DNA of 64,000 nucleotides from Tubulanus polymorphus (lineage: Eukaryota > Animalia > Nemertea): positions 25,788,345-25,852,344 of the forward strand of contig NC_134028.1 of assembly GCF_964204645.1 (NCBI RefSeq), read 5' to 3'. Numbering within the stretch: the stretch's first letter is position 1; each line of letters opens with the position of its first letter. The notes under the pieces are model-generated. The model made no database searches. It was not told the origin of the DNA and worked only from the letters and a program-made list of their open reading frames with translations. Below are positions 25,513-37,639 of this stretch, in pieces. Both the position numbers and the translations under genes were made by a program.

Positions 25513-28500
25513 TTATTTGCGCATTTCTCGGTCAATCCACGGTAGAATTGCCTTCACACTCGCGTACACTCCCGGAGCACCGGGTTTCGCGCAGCCGTGG
25601 CCCCACGATGTTACGCCAACCAATGTGTATGAACCTAAAAAAGGAAAAAATGTGTCTGAAGTGATTTCAAACCATGTATGGATTGTTGTGATTTACAAAA
25701 TGTTTGACCAAGTTCCACAGCTGTAAATTAAAGCTAATACTGATATAGTTTATTCTCAATCTTGGTCAAAATGTCTAAAAAGACAGGACATGTCCTCAGA
25801 GTTTCGATTTGACTCCAAGTTGAAACTCATTGAAAATGAACGAACTTCCAACTACTATAAGGGGTTTAATCTAACTTAGAAGGACCAAATATTTCTAGTT
25901 GCCACTACCGGATCACGACCTAACGAACTCCGTGAATTACTTACCACCGACTTGGCAAACTAATGGTCCACCACTATCACCCGAACAAGAATCTATTCCA
26001 CCTTCCTCGAAACCGGCGCACAACATCCTATCTGTTAAAGCGTTTTTGTACATCTTCGAACATTCATCATATTTGATTATAGGCACAACCGCCGCCAAAA
26101 GGGTCGACGAACGAGCTGCAGAAAAGAATTACGAAATACTGCCGATTAGTTCTCACGTTATGTCATCATAGGTTGACTGTAGCCAGCCTAGCTTTGTTGT
26201 TTCAATAAGTGTTCCAATAAATCTGGGCCCAGTTTTATTGATTGGTTTTTTAACTTGAACTCAATTCAGTTTCAATTAAGTTAACCTCCAGGTTAGATTG
26301 AATATCAGTCTTTAAAACGTCCTGAATAATTTCAATTTTAGTGGCTTTAATGATACTGAAATATCGAATTCATACCGCCTCCAGTGCTTCCCCATCCGGA
26401 GATCAGACATTTCTGCCCGGTCATTGAGCCGAGGTCGATGTTCGCGGCCGGTAAACATGCCGCTTGTACTTGATCACCGAACCTAATACCGCGTCCATCC
26501 TTCGGCTTAATCTTAATCAAAGCGTAGTCGTAATCCACGGACTCATCTAATGCTGAAATAGACAAATGATATGTATAGAGGTTATTCGATCTTAAACATC
26601 TTGTTCTCAATCGACAAGAACACCGTAATCAAAAAAGTTACAAATTGTCAAATTGACAACTACCGAATAGCCTCTATAGGCTAAAATATAACTTTCAACG
26701 ACTTCAAATTTCGACGAAAGACCAGCCTGGTTTATGCGTCGTAAAATACTGATTACTGAACAACACTTTCAATATTCGTGGACTACGTACGATCGTATTC
26801 GGGGTGGGAAATGATTCTATCAACGTCGAATTCTTCTTCTGCCGCGTCAGGACTCTCGTTATCATGATCGCCGACTCTCATTTTATAGATTTCCTTGTCG
26901 CTGTCACTGAAATATCCAGAAATTCATTCTGATTCAAGACCATCGGACAAAGGTTTAGCACTTAAACGAAGCTGTCATTTCAACGGTGTCTACAGTCAGT
27001 CTGTTATAACGCCACCCTTTTTAATGCCACTGCTCACAACGCCAACATTTTTCAGAGAACAAATTTCCTTTAATCTAACTAAAATTTACTGGAAAATACC
27101 TTGCTTTATAACGCCAAATGCGTTATAATGCCATGTTTTTATTGGCCCGATCGTATCACAAAGGACTATAATATATTGTACTAAAATTCGTGTCGTTTTG
27201 GACACTTAACCTATGTATCTAACACAAACAGATAGATAAGCAGTTTCTGATTATCTCGAGGACTGACTTACTGATAGCAATGGGCAGCAGATAGAATCCA
27301 ATAATCGTTGAGAATGGTACCACCGCAAAACCGGCCGCTGTATTTTCTAACACCGACTTGCCACGGGTAAGCCCCGTACACTGCAGGAAAACCACCGACA
27401 ATCCTGGGCTGGGCCTGATCTATCAATCTTTTACCGCAAGTAGCAACAGTTGCTGAAATAAGAATCCATTTCATCGATGTTAATATTTGGACATTCTTTT
27501 ATAGTAAAACAGCAAACGAAGTTGTTCATTCATACATGTAGTTGGTGGTGCAACAGTCGTTGGTTTGGGTATCGTAGTGGCAACTTCATTATCAGTGAGA
27601 CAGACAACCGAAACATCCTCAGCATGTCCACAGTCGTTGATTCCCCAATTTTTGTGTGAACATTCGCCTATCGTTTTCTCCGTGCCAGTGCATTCGACAT
27701 CATCGAGCCAAATAATTGATTTACCTTTGCCGAACTTACCAGTATATGCGACGCCGTTAGTTCTGTATTAGAAATTACAGCAATTATGAAGTAAAGGGTA
27801 GAATTGGACTAAGACGCAAACGGAGGGGTCAACATGAATGTCAGCCATACCCAAAACCGAGCATCTTACAGACCACACTGGCCGCTTTATTGTCAAATAA
27901 ATCATCACATACAGATCCTTTAACGCCATTCCTTGTGATCTCAACACGACCTTCGCGACTATTTGTACCGTTTACGAGAGCCACATCAAAACTGTCTGTA
28001 AAAAAATAGCATGAACTGATTGTGATTATTCGATCCGGTGAGTGACGTGTTCGCAGAGGTGCATATGTTACCATTACGCGATACAGGTTAACCCTCTATC
28101 GTCCCCAGATCTTTTGATAAACGCACATAGTTGTAAGCTTGTAGTCCTTACTTACCACAGCTTTTTTCGTCTGAATTGTCCAAGCAATCATTATCGCCAT
28201 CACACACAAAAGAAACAGGCACGCAGTTCTTATTTTTACACTGGAATTCGTCATTTTTGCAGCCTATAGGAAATAGATTGGAATATGTAGTGTCGAAACG
28301 TTCATATCAGACAAGAAAACGTTGAATTGGACGAAACTCGCGTTTCATCTACCTCTATGTTTTGTTAGGCAAACTACTCCGGCCGATTCCCACGACTGAC
28401 AATCGTGATTTTTCCAACCTGAAAATTCACAGTCTGCCAACGATTTTTCGGTGCCATCACATTTCACGTCATCCATAAAGAATGTCAGCTGACCGTTCCC

Positions 28501-31500
28501 AAAGTGACTTTTTCCTACAGCCCGATCCGCACCTCTGGTGAAAAATAAACATAGCACATTTTATGTCGTGCCGGAGAATGATTTAGCCTATTTCGTGTAC
28601 TCACTGATCATAGCCTAGCTGTTTGCAGACGACATCGGCATCGTCCGAACCCCAACGATCGTCGCACACGAGACCCCATTGACCGTTGTATTGAACCTCT
28701 ACTCGTCCTTCAGATGCACTTCCGCCATCTGCTAATCGTATTCTAAATGGTGAGTCGGTACCTAATAAAGTTACGTTATACGTAATGACGATCATTGGAT
28801 AATCATCGCCGTTTCACAAATACTCGCAATTTACTCGTAATTTAATTTACATCTTAACTTCAAATTTCTGTTGAACATACATGGCAAAGAGCTGCCAACT
28901 GCTACTAAGATGTCTCGCGACACACGATATAAGGTCCTTCAGTGATGGCATCGTTATGGCAATAGTGTATCAGGTAAGTCTCAATTTATCATCCAAATAG
29001 ATGTAAGATGACCAAGTAGGCCACAATTTATTGTAAGGGTCTATATGAATATACACCAATTTCTTTTAATGTCTTATGTTTGTTGTAATACTGGTGCAAA
29101 TGTCTTTACGTATTATGACTTCCAACCTACCGCAGCCTTCCTCGTCAGAAAGATCTCCACAATCATCCTTTCCGTTACACTTGTCTGTTTTACTGATACA
29201 TCGTCCATTTTTGCACGCAAAATTACTCGTTGCGTCGCACGACCCTGATAGAAACTAATTGTTATCAGATCTACGGTATTTCATTTGGGATTGAATCATG
29301 AAAACATTTTCTGATCTTTGCAACATTCTGAACATATCTTTTATTTCCTTCTTACCGATTAATGCTGTGACTTCGTAGTAATCGTTTCCAGTACTGGGTT
29401 CAATGTATGCTCCTAACGTTTTCGAATTCGATTCGCTAAATAGACAACTTTCTTCGACCGCATTAAAGGTAAATGACCTACACACCCATTCAGAATTCAG
29501 ACAAATTGATGCGCACTGAAAACACAATCACGAATTTCTCAGGTCTTATACAATTATGAGTGAACTAAGAAGAATTGATCGGTAATCAATCGATTGATTC
29601 AAACCTACATTTTCAGTGGTAACATATAGATATTTCTGCGTCGCATACTCATCAACGACTAGTCTAGAATCCACATGCTTCGTGAATTCCGACAACTTAT
29701 TTTCTAGTGTGAAAGCAAAAACAATCAACACATGTACATGTATTGGTACAAGAAGGAGCATCTCGGGACCGCTTTATAGACTATTACCTTAAACTCGGCG
29801 GTTAACTCAATTCATTTTCAATTGAATCAGCCCCACGGTTAAAGGTAATACACATCTATATAACCGGTCCTAGGAAAATTGAGGGTCAAAAGCATATAAT
29901 GACTGATGGGACGTTTCAGGACTAAATTTACCGCATTGAAGTTCATCTTCACCATCGGGACAATCTTCCTCTCCGTCACAAGCCCACCAAGATGGAATAC
30001 ACGTCCTGCAAAAGAAAGCAGTATTATAGATCGTGTTAGATTCTTAAGGCTGGTTTTACGGACGGTTTCCAGCTAGCTTTTTCCAGCTGCCGCAGGAAAC
30101 CGCTCGTCGTGAAAACCAGCCTTTAGCGCTAGAATCTTTGTACGCGTACGTACTTGGTTTGAGTTTTGTAACAATGATACATATTGTCTTGGCAAATTCC
30201 TCCGGGACCTATAAATGAGTAATAAGGAATTATATACAACAAAATAATGCTCTGATACGTTATTGAATATGTAACTATTTGGATGACATATCATCAAAGT
30301 GATCCGGTCTAATTACTTTGGGTAGTTGGTACTGGAGCTGGTGTGGTTACATCTCCACATTTCTGTAGGTCGCAATATCCGTATTGTCCCAAATCGTGGT
30401 TGGTCCAACACCAAGGTTTTTTATCGCTGTCCGGATTACGACAGTAGTTATGATCACCAAGACCCTGAAATTATGCGATCATTCGCAGTATATGCAAAAA
30501 TGTGTAACTTTATCATTTCTTATGATTTTTCAATTTCATCCACAAATTATGAATCAATGCATTATTGTTCAATGCAACCGTATATGTATTTAGTATTGCG
30601 TGCCCAATTCCATGATCACAGTCAAGATTTGGACTTACAGCATCGGGGAATAAAGTTGGATTGGCAAGTGATGATCCGGTCCATTTCAAACACAAAGAAC
30701 CCAATTGTGTCCTGAACGCTTTACCCGCATAGTCGACACCGTTACCATTGTAACATTCTGAAATCAGAATAAGTGAAATATCTCTTCTTCCCTCATTTCC
30801 AATGTTCATAGAATGTTCATGATTCATAGAATCTAGACTATAGCATTAGTTGTATATGTACATCTAATTGGAACGTACCCTTTAGAGATGTTGTAACAGC
30901 ATTTTTTTCACAGACGAATGGTAACTGATGCGTACACGATCCCGTAGTCCAGAAGTAGTACTGAACGTCGGCAATGTCAGCTCCTACTGGGAATCTATTT
31001 TTCAAAATTATACATTTTCTAGTACTGTCTCCGCTGCTTATCAGCGGCTCTTTATTCGTCGTGGTTGATCCTGTAAATAGATTAGGGTTTTTAACTCCAT
31101 CTTCGGATCTTCGTTAATCGTCCCGACGCGTTATCAAATACGAACCACCATCTTTCGGAGGTATCCAGTTGCTAAATGTTACGTCATGTATGTCGTCGGC
31201 CCATGTCCATTTCGTTGCATCGTTACCTTTTCTTTGTCCAGCCGTGTAAACGCCATTTGACGTTGCATCTACAGGAGACAAGTGATAGTAGCAGGCAAAT
31301 GAGAAGATATTTTGTTCATTATGATATACCTGTTCTTCTATATACCTAGCTACATTATCTTTTAGATTTCAAAGTTAGATAAGATCCATTTTATCAGATG
31401 TATTAAGATCTATCTTCTACTTGTCAAATATGTTAAGGTCTATCATCTATTTATCAGATTTATTAAGATCTATCATCTATTTATCAGATATGTTAAGATA

Positions 31501-33031
31501 TATCTATTGTTATTACTACTTACCTAATTGTGTATTGTAAAGAAGGTCGGAGATAAAGTCGTTCTCCAGCTGTGACTCAATATTCACTAACCGGGCATCG
31601 AAACTTTTGCAAGTAGCGCGAGCATTTCGAAATGATTTCTTATCGGTGAAGACTTTGTAACAAATACCATGGTTATTGATCCAGTCCACAGGACAACCTG
31701 AAAACAACAACAAATTTATCTCGTCTTTTTCTAAGAAATTAAGTAATATTTATTGCTTGCGATAAAGGGTCACGACGCGGTTTTTGTCTGTTCAAAGGTA
31801 CGGACAACGCATTATTCGTGGCAAAAAGTTTGATCCTGGTTTGTTTCATCATGGACTTAAGTATGAATATATGTATCTTAACAGGAGTTATCTTCAGCAG
31901 TAAAGCGGAAGATGGCTACATCTATTAGGATACAATAGAAACGTTGAAATTAACTACTAGCTCAACGAAACCTTTCGGAATCGTTTTCATTTTGTATTGT
32001 GGGTTTTACTGTATTTCATAATTTACCTGGAGCTAACCGACACTCAACTCCTGACGACTCAAACGACGAACAATCGTGGTTTTCATCGTAAGCGCAATCG
32101 TGTAGCGACTTCTCATCCCCGAAACAGAAAGTATCGTCCATCAGTACGTCATTGTAATTCCATTTACCTCGTCCATACCCGGCTGTGGTTATCGCTTTAG
32201 AAGCACCTCTACAATGATCATTATAATCATCAATAACAGTGAAATAGTTGAAAACAGATAATGATCGTGGATTAAAGCTCACAATTTGAATCCGAGCTGT
32301 CGACAAGTGACATTAGCATCTTTCATATCCCAGTAGTCGTCGCATACTATTCCCCAAGATTCTTGTAAATATACCTCAACTCTTCCAGCGTGACCAGCAG
32401 CGCTACCGTTACCTCGTAATCTATATTCATAAACGAAAAATATCAACTATAAAAAGTTAAGTCATTGAATGTGGACTAATTTTAACACACAACACTTCGG
32501 CTCCGTTCCCACTTACCGAACTAGTTGACCGCTTTTCGGCAGCCATATCGGTTTGTTTTCGATAAATTCCTCTTCGATTATTACCTCTTCGTCATCGGTT
32601 ATTTCATCTTCATGAAAATCTGGTATTGTCGGGGCTGGTGTTGTTGGGACTTCCTCTAACTCTTCCTCTTCTTCGCTATAATCACCCCAACCCCATATAG
32701 CACGTTTACTTCTCTCACGTGTTCCTGCGCTCTTTCCCACATCTTCGCTATCGACCTGAAAAATCGTTACGCCAAATTTCTTGATTTTGGATTGATTACA
32801 ACGTAACTCGGTTGCACAGTCGTGACTTCTAAAGATCTTTGAAGCAGTTTATATGTTGTTACATTGGCCAGAGAACAAAAATGTAATTTGTCCTGACTAT
32901 GCAAAAGAAATATCTTCTGTTCTAAGAATGATTGTGGGATGTTTTATGGAACGTACCTTGTATTTTGGTCTTGCTTCACTGTGCATTAGCACAATGGCCA
33001 GGACCACTAGCTTCAAGATACTTATATGCAT
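25513..33031 (-). CDS. Secreted modular trypsin-like serine protease: signal peptide, acidic propeptide, SRCR-CTL-Kringle-LDLa-PAN-LDLa-SRCR-LDLa-SRCR-trypsin (Tequila/GRAAL/SVH-1-like; 'neurotrypsin-like')
   Basis: Exon 1 [25 protein letters not shown]; RSKR site; SRCR ([20 protein letters not shown]); CTL ([16 protein letters not shown]); kringle ([11 protein letters not shown]...[16 protein letters not shown]); three LDLa repeats ([39 protein letters not shown]); PAN ([17 protein letters not shown]); two more SRCR; activation site PR^IVGG; catalytic triad [19 protein letters not shown]. Confidence 0.93.
26993..27170. mobile_element. Decayed pogo/Tigger-like MITE in a protease intron
   Basis: Starts TA-CAGTCAGTCTGTTATAACGCC, has repeated ATAACGCC motifs and a degenerate right end (GGACTATA). 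Same layout as 10110-10283. Confidence 0.5.
30045..30125. repeat. Short palindromic MITE-like element
   Basis: TAAGGCTGGTTTTACGGACGGTTTCC ... GGAAACCGCTCGTCGTGAAAACCAGCCTTTA. Confidence 0.65.
31372..31512. repeat. Intronic minisatellite, ~30-bp unit TTAAGATCTATCATCTATTTATCAGATATG, about 5 copies
   Basis: Directly visible imperfect tandem copies. Confidence 0.85.
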
Positions 33032-33607
33032 TCCGTGTACACCTAGGCTCTGAACACCTGGTATCTTTGCGCTCTGGCGCTATAAGACTCGCTATCTTGG
33101 GGACTATTCTCATGACTTCGATTAGATATGATTTTGGGACAAACCGTCCGATGAATATTGATCAGGAAATGTTCCCTGAAATCAATAATCAATGTCGGTC
33201 AATGCGATTAAATGTTGACTTTACGACCTCTTTTTGTTAAAGATCCTGTTGTTTTTGACTGAAGTTCGATTTGAAGGGTATCTATCTATAATTTGACACT
33301 GAAATTTGCAAAATCAATCGCGCATATTCCAATTCAATAGATATATTTCAAAACTGTTATACAAGGTCGGCTAATTCCACAGAATAAATGAATATTTGTC
33401 GATTAGCTTCGAATTAGCAAAGTTTTAATACTTTTCTACGAAACAAGTCAGTTCTATAAGTTCATAAATATTGACACAAAGTCTATTCAATAAAAACCGG
33501 TCCCTATTGAATATGTAAAAAGTGGTTTACAGAGGTATCTTATCTTACTAACATTGCGCTATAGGGTGGGACTAAAATACGTCCTCTACACAACTTATAC
33601 AAAGACA

Positions 33608-36524
33608 ATGGTAAGTAAGTAGCATGGCTTATCTGTGTATGTTATTGGAGAGAGCTTCGATTTAGAAACGATCCTCTATTTTGATTTTAGTCTAAAGATA
33701 ATCCAGCGTTTGTACCGGATATATCGACGGATTCGTCTGATATAAAATTGTCCGTAACTCCGACACCTGAGACTAAACCGCAGAAAACAGATAATAGTTG
33801 TTGTTCACCACGATGTCGAACTGTCTTCCTCGTATTTTTGAGTTTCATCGCTGTTTCCTACGCCATTGCGATCACGATAGTTCTTATTCACGAAGGTATG
33901 AAATATCAACCATTCATAAAGTGAATTGCTTTGCGATGTCATCGACGATAGCGTGTTTGATAAACGGATCGCATTCTGATCGGAAACTTCTTTTTCAGTT
34001 TATTTCTCTGATGAAGGAGAACACGGAATACAACAGGTAACATTATTGTTAATTCTGAAACTACCTTGCACAAATCCACTTCACTCTACTCTTTATCATC
34101 GTTCAATCTACAGAAACAGTTCACCGCTTATGAAGTTCTTGCCAATACGGCACGGGGATACATCGATGTGAGGAAGGGAGCTCATATGTTCTGGTGGCTT
34201 TGGTATGCTATTCCGAAACATACTTACAAAGAAAAACCACTAATCTTATGGATACAGGTGAAAGATTCTTCTTTTGATATCTTCTATTCTATGCTTCTGC
34301 AATATTGACACATATTTAGGTCTATGTTGTAGGGTGGTCCAGGAGAGTCCGGTGTCGGTATTGGTGGATTTATGGAAATCGGTCCGTATGATACAGATCT
34401 CAAATATAAAAAAGGAAACTGGGTATGGGTACTGGTAACTCTTACGGTACTGGTAACTCTTATGGGTACTGGTACCACTGGTAACTCTTTTTGGTTTGAG
34501 AATCTTTGTCCATATAAAACAGACGCCAAACATCATTACCAAGCCCTTTAGGCTGAAAAAAAATGATACCTTGTTTCTCATTGCTGCTGAGCTTAGCTAG
34601 TTAAAAACCTATCCAACCTGTGCATTACTTACTAAAGATATCACGATCTGGCGAACAGTAACAGATCTGACAGTTATAGAAAAGAAACTGATTACAAATT
34701 CTTTTGCGATTTACAAAAGTGACCCGGCCGATTGGGAGAAACAAGACATTAATTAATTCGTTATAAATCTGTTCACTAATTTGCAGGCGGTTCATGCTAA
34801 TCTGTTGATAGTTGATAGTCCGGTAGGAGTTGGTTACAGTTACGTAGACAACGAGTCTCTGAATACTAAAAATACTGATGAAATTATAGCTGATTTAATG
34901 TCTTTCCTAAAGATTTTTTTCAACAAACATCCAGAATTTAAGGTAAACATGACATACATATTTGCAATTTGAATTTCAACTAAGATACAACATGTAAGTA
35001 GCTTGCCACGGATCTTATGAATTTTTGTATACTTTGCAGACGATACCGTTTCATATATTCGGCGAGTCGTATGGCGGGCGAATAGCGCCTTTACTTGCTA
35101 AACAATTACACAACGTACGTTCATCGGATACAGATCTGAAGTATTTTTCCAAACCTTCTCGTCAAAATCACCTACAACATTACGTTCTGAAAAAGCGATG
35201 AATAAGAAGTGTAGACTATCTATGTTTATGGAATTTTCGTTGCAGGAAATAATTGGTGGCAAAATGGAATGTTTACTGAAAGGCATAGTTTTAGGTGGAC
35301 CCGCGGTAGATATGATGATAGGACCGGTTGCAACGTGGGCCCAATACTTATATACAATGGTAAAAATTAAACCGAATCGAAGCCATCAATGCGCTTTTGA
35401 AAACTAATCTAAGAACTTTCCTTTTTCAAAGTCGATCATAGAAGAATCGAAAAAAGACGAATACGAACGAGAATATCAGAAATTAATGGTAACATACCAG
35501 ACAAAGAATTATACTGCGATAAGCGAGGAATTCCAAAAGCTTTCTCAGATACCGTACGGTACTGGCATAGACATGTATAACGTGCTCACTTGGAACACAA
35601 TCGAAGGTGAGTAAAAACGAATTCGATGAGAAAATAACATAAAACGACGATGAATTTAGTTAACGTAGTTTTTAAATAAAAGACAATTTTAGCCAATATT
35701 TTTATTTCTTTTGTAGAGCTGTTTGGTCCCGTAACTAAACTAATGAACGGAGAGATGAAGAAAGCTGTTGAAATTGTTCCCGAAAACCTAGTTTGGACTG
35801 GTAATTGAGTCACCTCACCGCTAGTAAAGTATCCAGTTTTTATCGTTGCAATGTTAATCAATGTTATATTTTCTCTAATTTTTCCCGCAGATATGAATAC
35901 AACCGTTATGGCGAACGAGTTTGATAATGTTTTTATACCCGTTGTTGACACAGGTAGTTTTTCAGTCGTTATTGATTTCAATTCAGACATCTACCTCTTG
36001 ACACAAAGCCTGCAGCACCAGTTGCTTATTTTTCTTGCAGTCGATTTCCTACTGACAAATACCAGTTATCGAGTAACTATTTACAATGGACAATTGGATG
36101 TTGTCGTTAATACGATAGGTAACGTTCGCTTCGTTCGCACAGTTCGAAGATGAAAATATTTTATGATTGAAAAAAGGTATTGTATTAACTGGAATACGAG
36201 TTTTTTTGAATAGGGACAGAAAAATGGTTAAAGAAACTGACATGGTCCGGCATGGAGACCTATTATAACCAAACTCGTACAACTCTAAGAATTAAACCGA
36301 AATCAAAACCAATAGGATTCAAGAAAACCTACGATAAATTTACATTCTACTGGATACTTAAATCTGGTCATCAGGTAAAATTTAATTCTTTTGATAATGA
36401 GACGATTATCATTGGATCTGAGGTCGTAGGTTTCTGATAAAAACATTTCTTATTCATTTAGGTTCCACACGATGCTCCTCTGGCAGGCGAATACATGCTC
36501 ATAGATATACTGAAAAATACCTAA
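33608..36524 (+). CDS. Serine carboxypeptidase S10, SCPEP1/RISC-like, copy 1, predicted type II membrane protein
   Basis: ATG|GTAAG micro-exon, then SKDNPAFVPD...CCSPRCRTVFLVFLSFIAVSYAIAITIVLIHE (TM), GYIDVRKGAHMFWWLWY, PLILWIQGGPG, ANLLIVDSPVGVGYSYVD, IFGESYGG (Ser), YNGQLDVVVNTIG (Asp) and YWILKSGHQVPHD (His). Exon phases are consistent. Confidence 0.92.
34550..34749. mobile_element. Family A MITE in a carboxypeptidase intron (copy 1)
   Basis: Reverse-complement similarity to 8483-8705; same position as the elements at 40833 and 47179. Confidence 0.7.
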
Positions 36525-37260
36525 AGGAATGACATGAAAACCAAACCCGGCGCAGTAGTTCTAGTACTGTTATAACTGTATATCTATTTTGATATTTTAC
36601 ATCTCTATGTTAAACATTTTGTTAACTGTTAATAATAGCTTGAATATTTTTACCGAGGCCAAAATAAAGACATACATGTTTTAAAGAAATGATTTTTATC
36701 ATTCAGTCGGTTCGAACTTCCCGTAGTAATCCGGGAATAGGAGCGATAAAGTTTTTGATCTCCGAAATCCTGTACCTCAAGATTTTATGATCGACGAAGA
36801 ATCTTTCATAATTAGGATAAACTTAATGATAATTTTCAGGATTCGAACCAAATCAGGTTTTACAATATATGGATACGGTATCTAAGGTGTTGCTACGGTT
36901 GCGGTATATGGTTACGGTTCATTAGTCAACAAAGATTGAGCCCACGTGCGGTTGAAAAAATCAGACGGAGGAAAAAAAGTGAAAATCCGTGTCATAAACT
37001 AAAAAAATTCTTGAATTAAGTCAAGGTAAGTTGAAAATGAAGTTATCTATAGGTTGTATAGATTGTAAAAGTCTTTATTTATTCAGAACCGTAAATTTTA
37101 GAAATTCGTTAATTTAGTGGAATATAGTTTGGTCGTATTTTCTACATTAAAGATGCGTCAGACAACAATTTGTCTCAGTTATATATACAGTGATTCATAG
37201 TTAGATACGACTTCATTTATTTTCCGAAGATAATGAATCGAAATGGAACATTTTTTTTCA

Positions 37261-37639
37261 ATGCTACGAATGTTGAATCGGTTCGAAGAAAGGCCGCCAT
37301 TTTGTGCCTGGTGGTTGCTAAAGACGGTACATCACAACCTTTTCCTAGTAACAAGCATAGCAACAACAGATATCCACCAATCACCGGTTGCTATCTTGGT
37401 TTTTCAGATGATCTTCTTACTGCCAATTGCATTAGCCTTTGACTGCTACAATAACTACCAAAAGAGAAAAGCTGAAGGTCAGAAAGGTTCGTAAGTCAAC
37501 GATGGACAATTCTATTCATTTCGTGCCATCAATGAACAATCATAACGTTTTTTTCAAATTCATTTCTATTTCAGAAGCAGAAGCCGCCGCGCGTAAGAAA
37601 AAGAATTTTGGCGGCATGAAGAAGGGCTTCCTGTTATAA
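37261..37639 (+). CDS. Putative ~69-aa single-pass membrane microprotein, copy 1 (three coding exons)
   Basis: ATG at 37261 (in-frame ATG also at 37243), intron 37327-37407 (GT..TTTCAG), second intron G|GTTCGT..TTTCAG. Product: MLRMLNRFEERPPFCAWWLLKTMIFLLPIALAFDCYNNYQKRKAEGQKEAEAAARKKKNFGGMKKGFLL*. An upstream AAG|GTAAG donor near 37026 suggests a non-coding first exon. Confidence 0.6.

Noticed and set aside
33798-34040. ORF MLFTTMSNCLPRIFEFHRC... repeated three times
   Set aside because: Wrong frame. The spliced frame encodes the cytoplasmic tail and TM helix of the carboxypeptidase.
36865-36920. Cluster of GGATAC/GTTGCT/GGTTAC half-sites resembling RFX X-boxes upstream of the microprotein gene
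   Set aside because: No full palindromic X-box, and the motifs differ in copy 2; too weak to call.
37233-37442. Overlapping ORF MNRNGTFFFNATNVES... and the minus-strand CAAAATGGCGGC start-like motif
   Set aside because: The upstream start is frameshifted in copy 2, the product is not protein-like, and the minus-strand frame has no supporting exon structure. The motif may just be a YY1-like site or chance.
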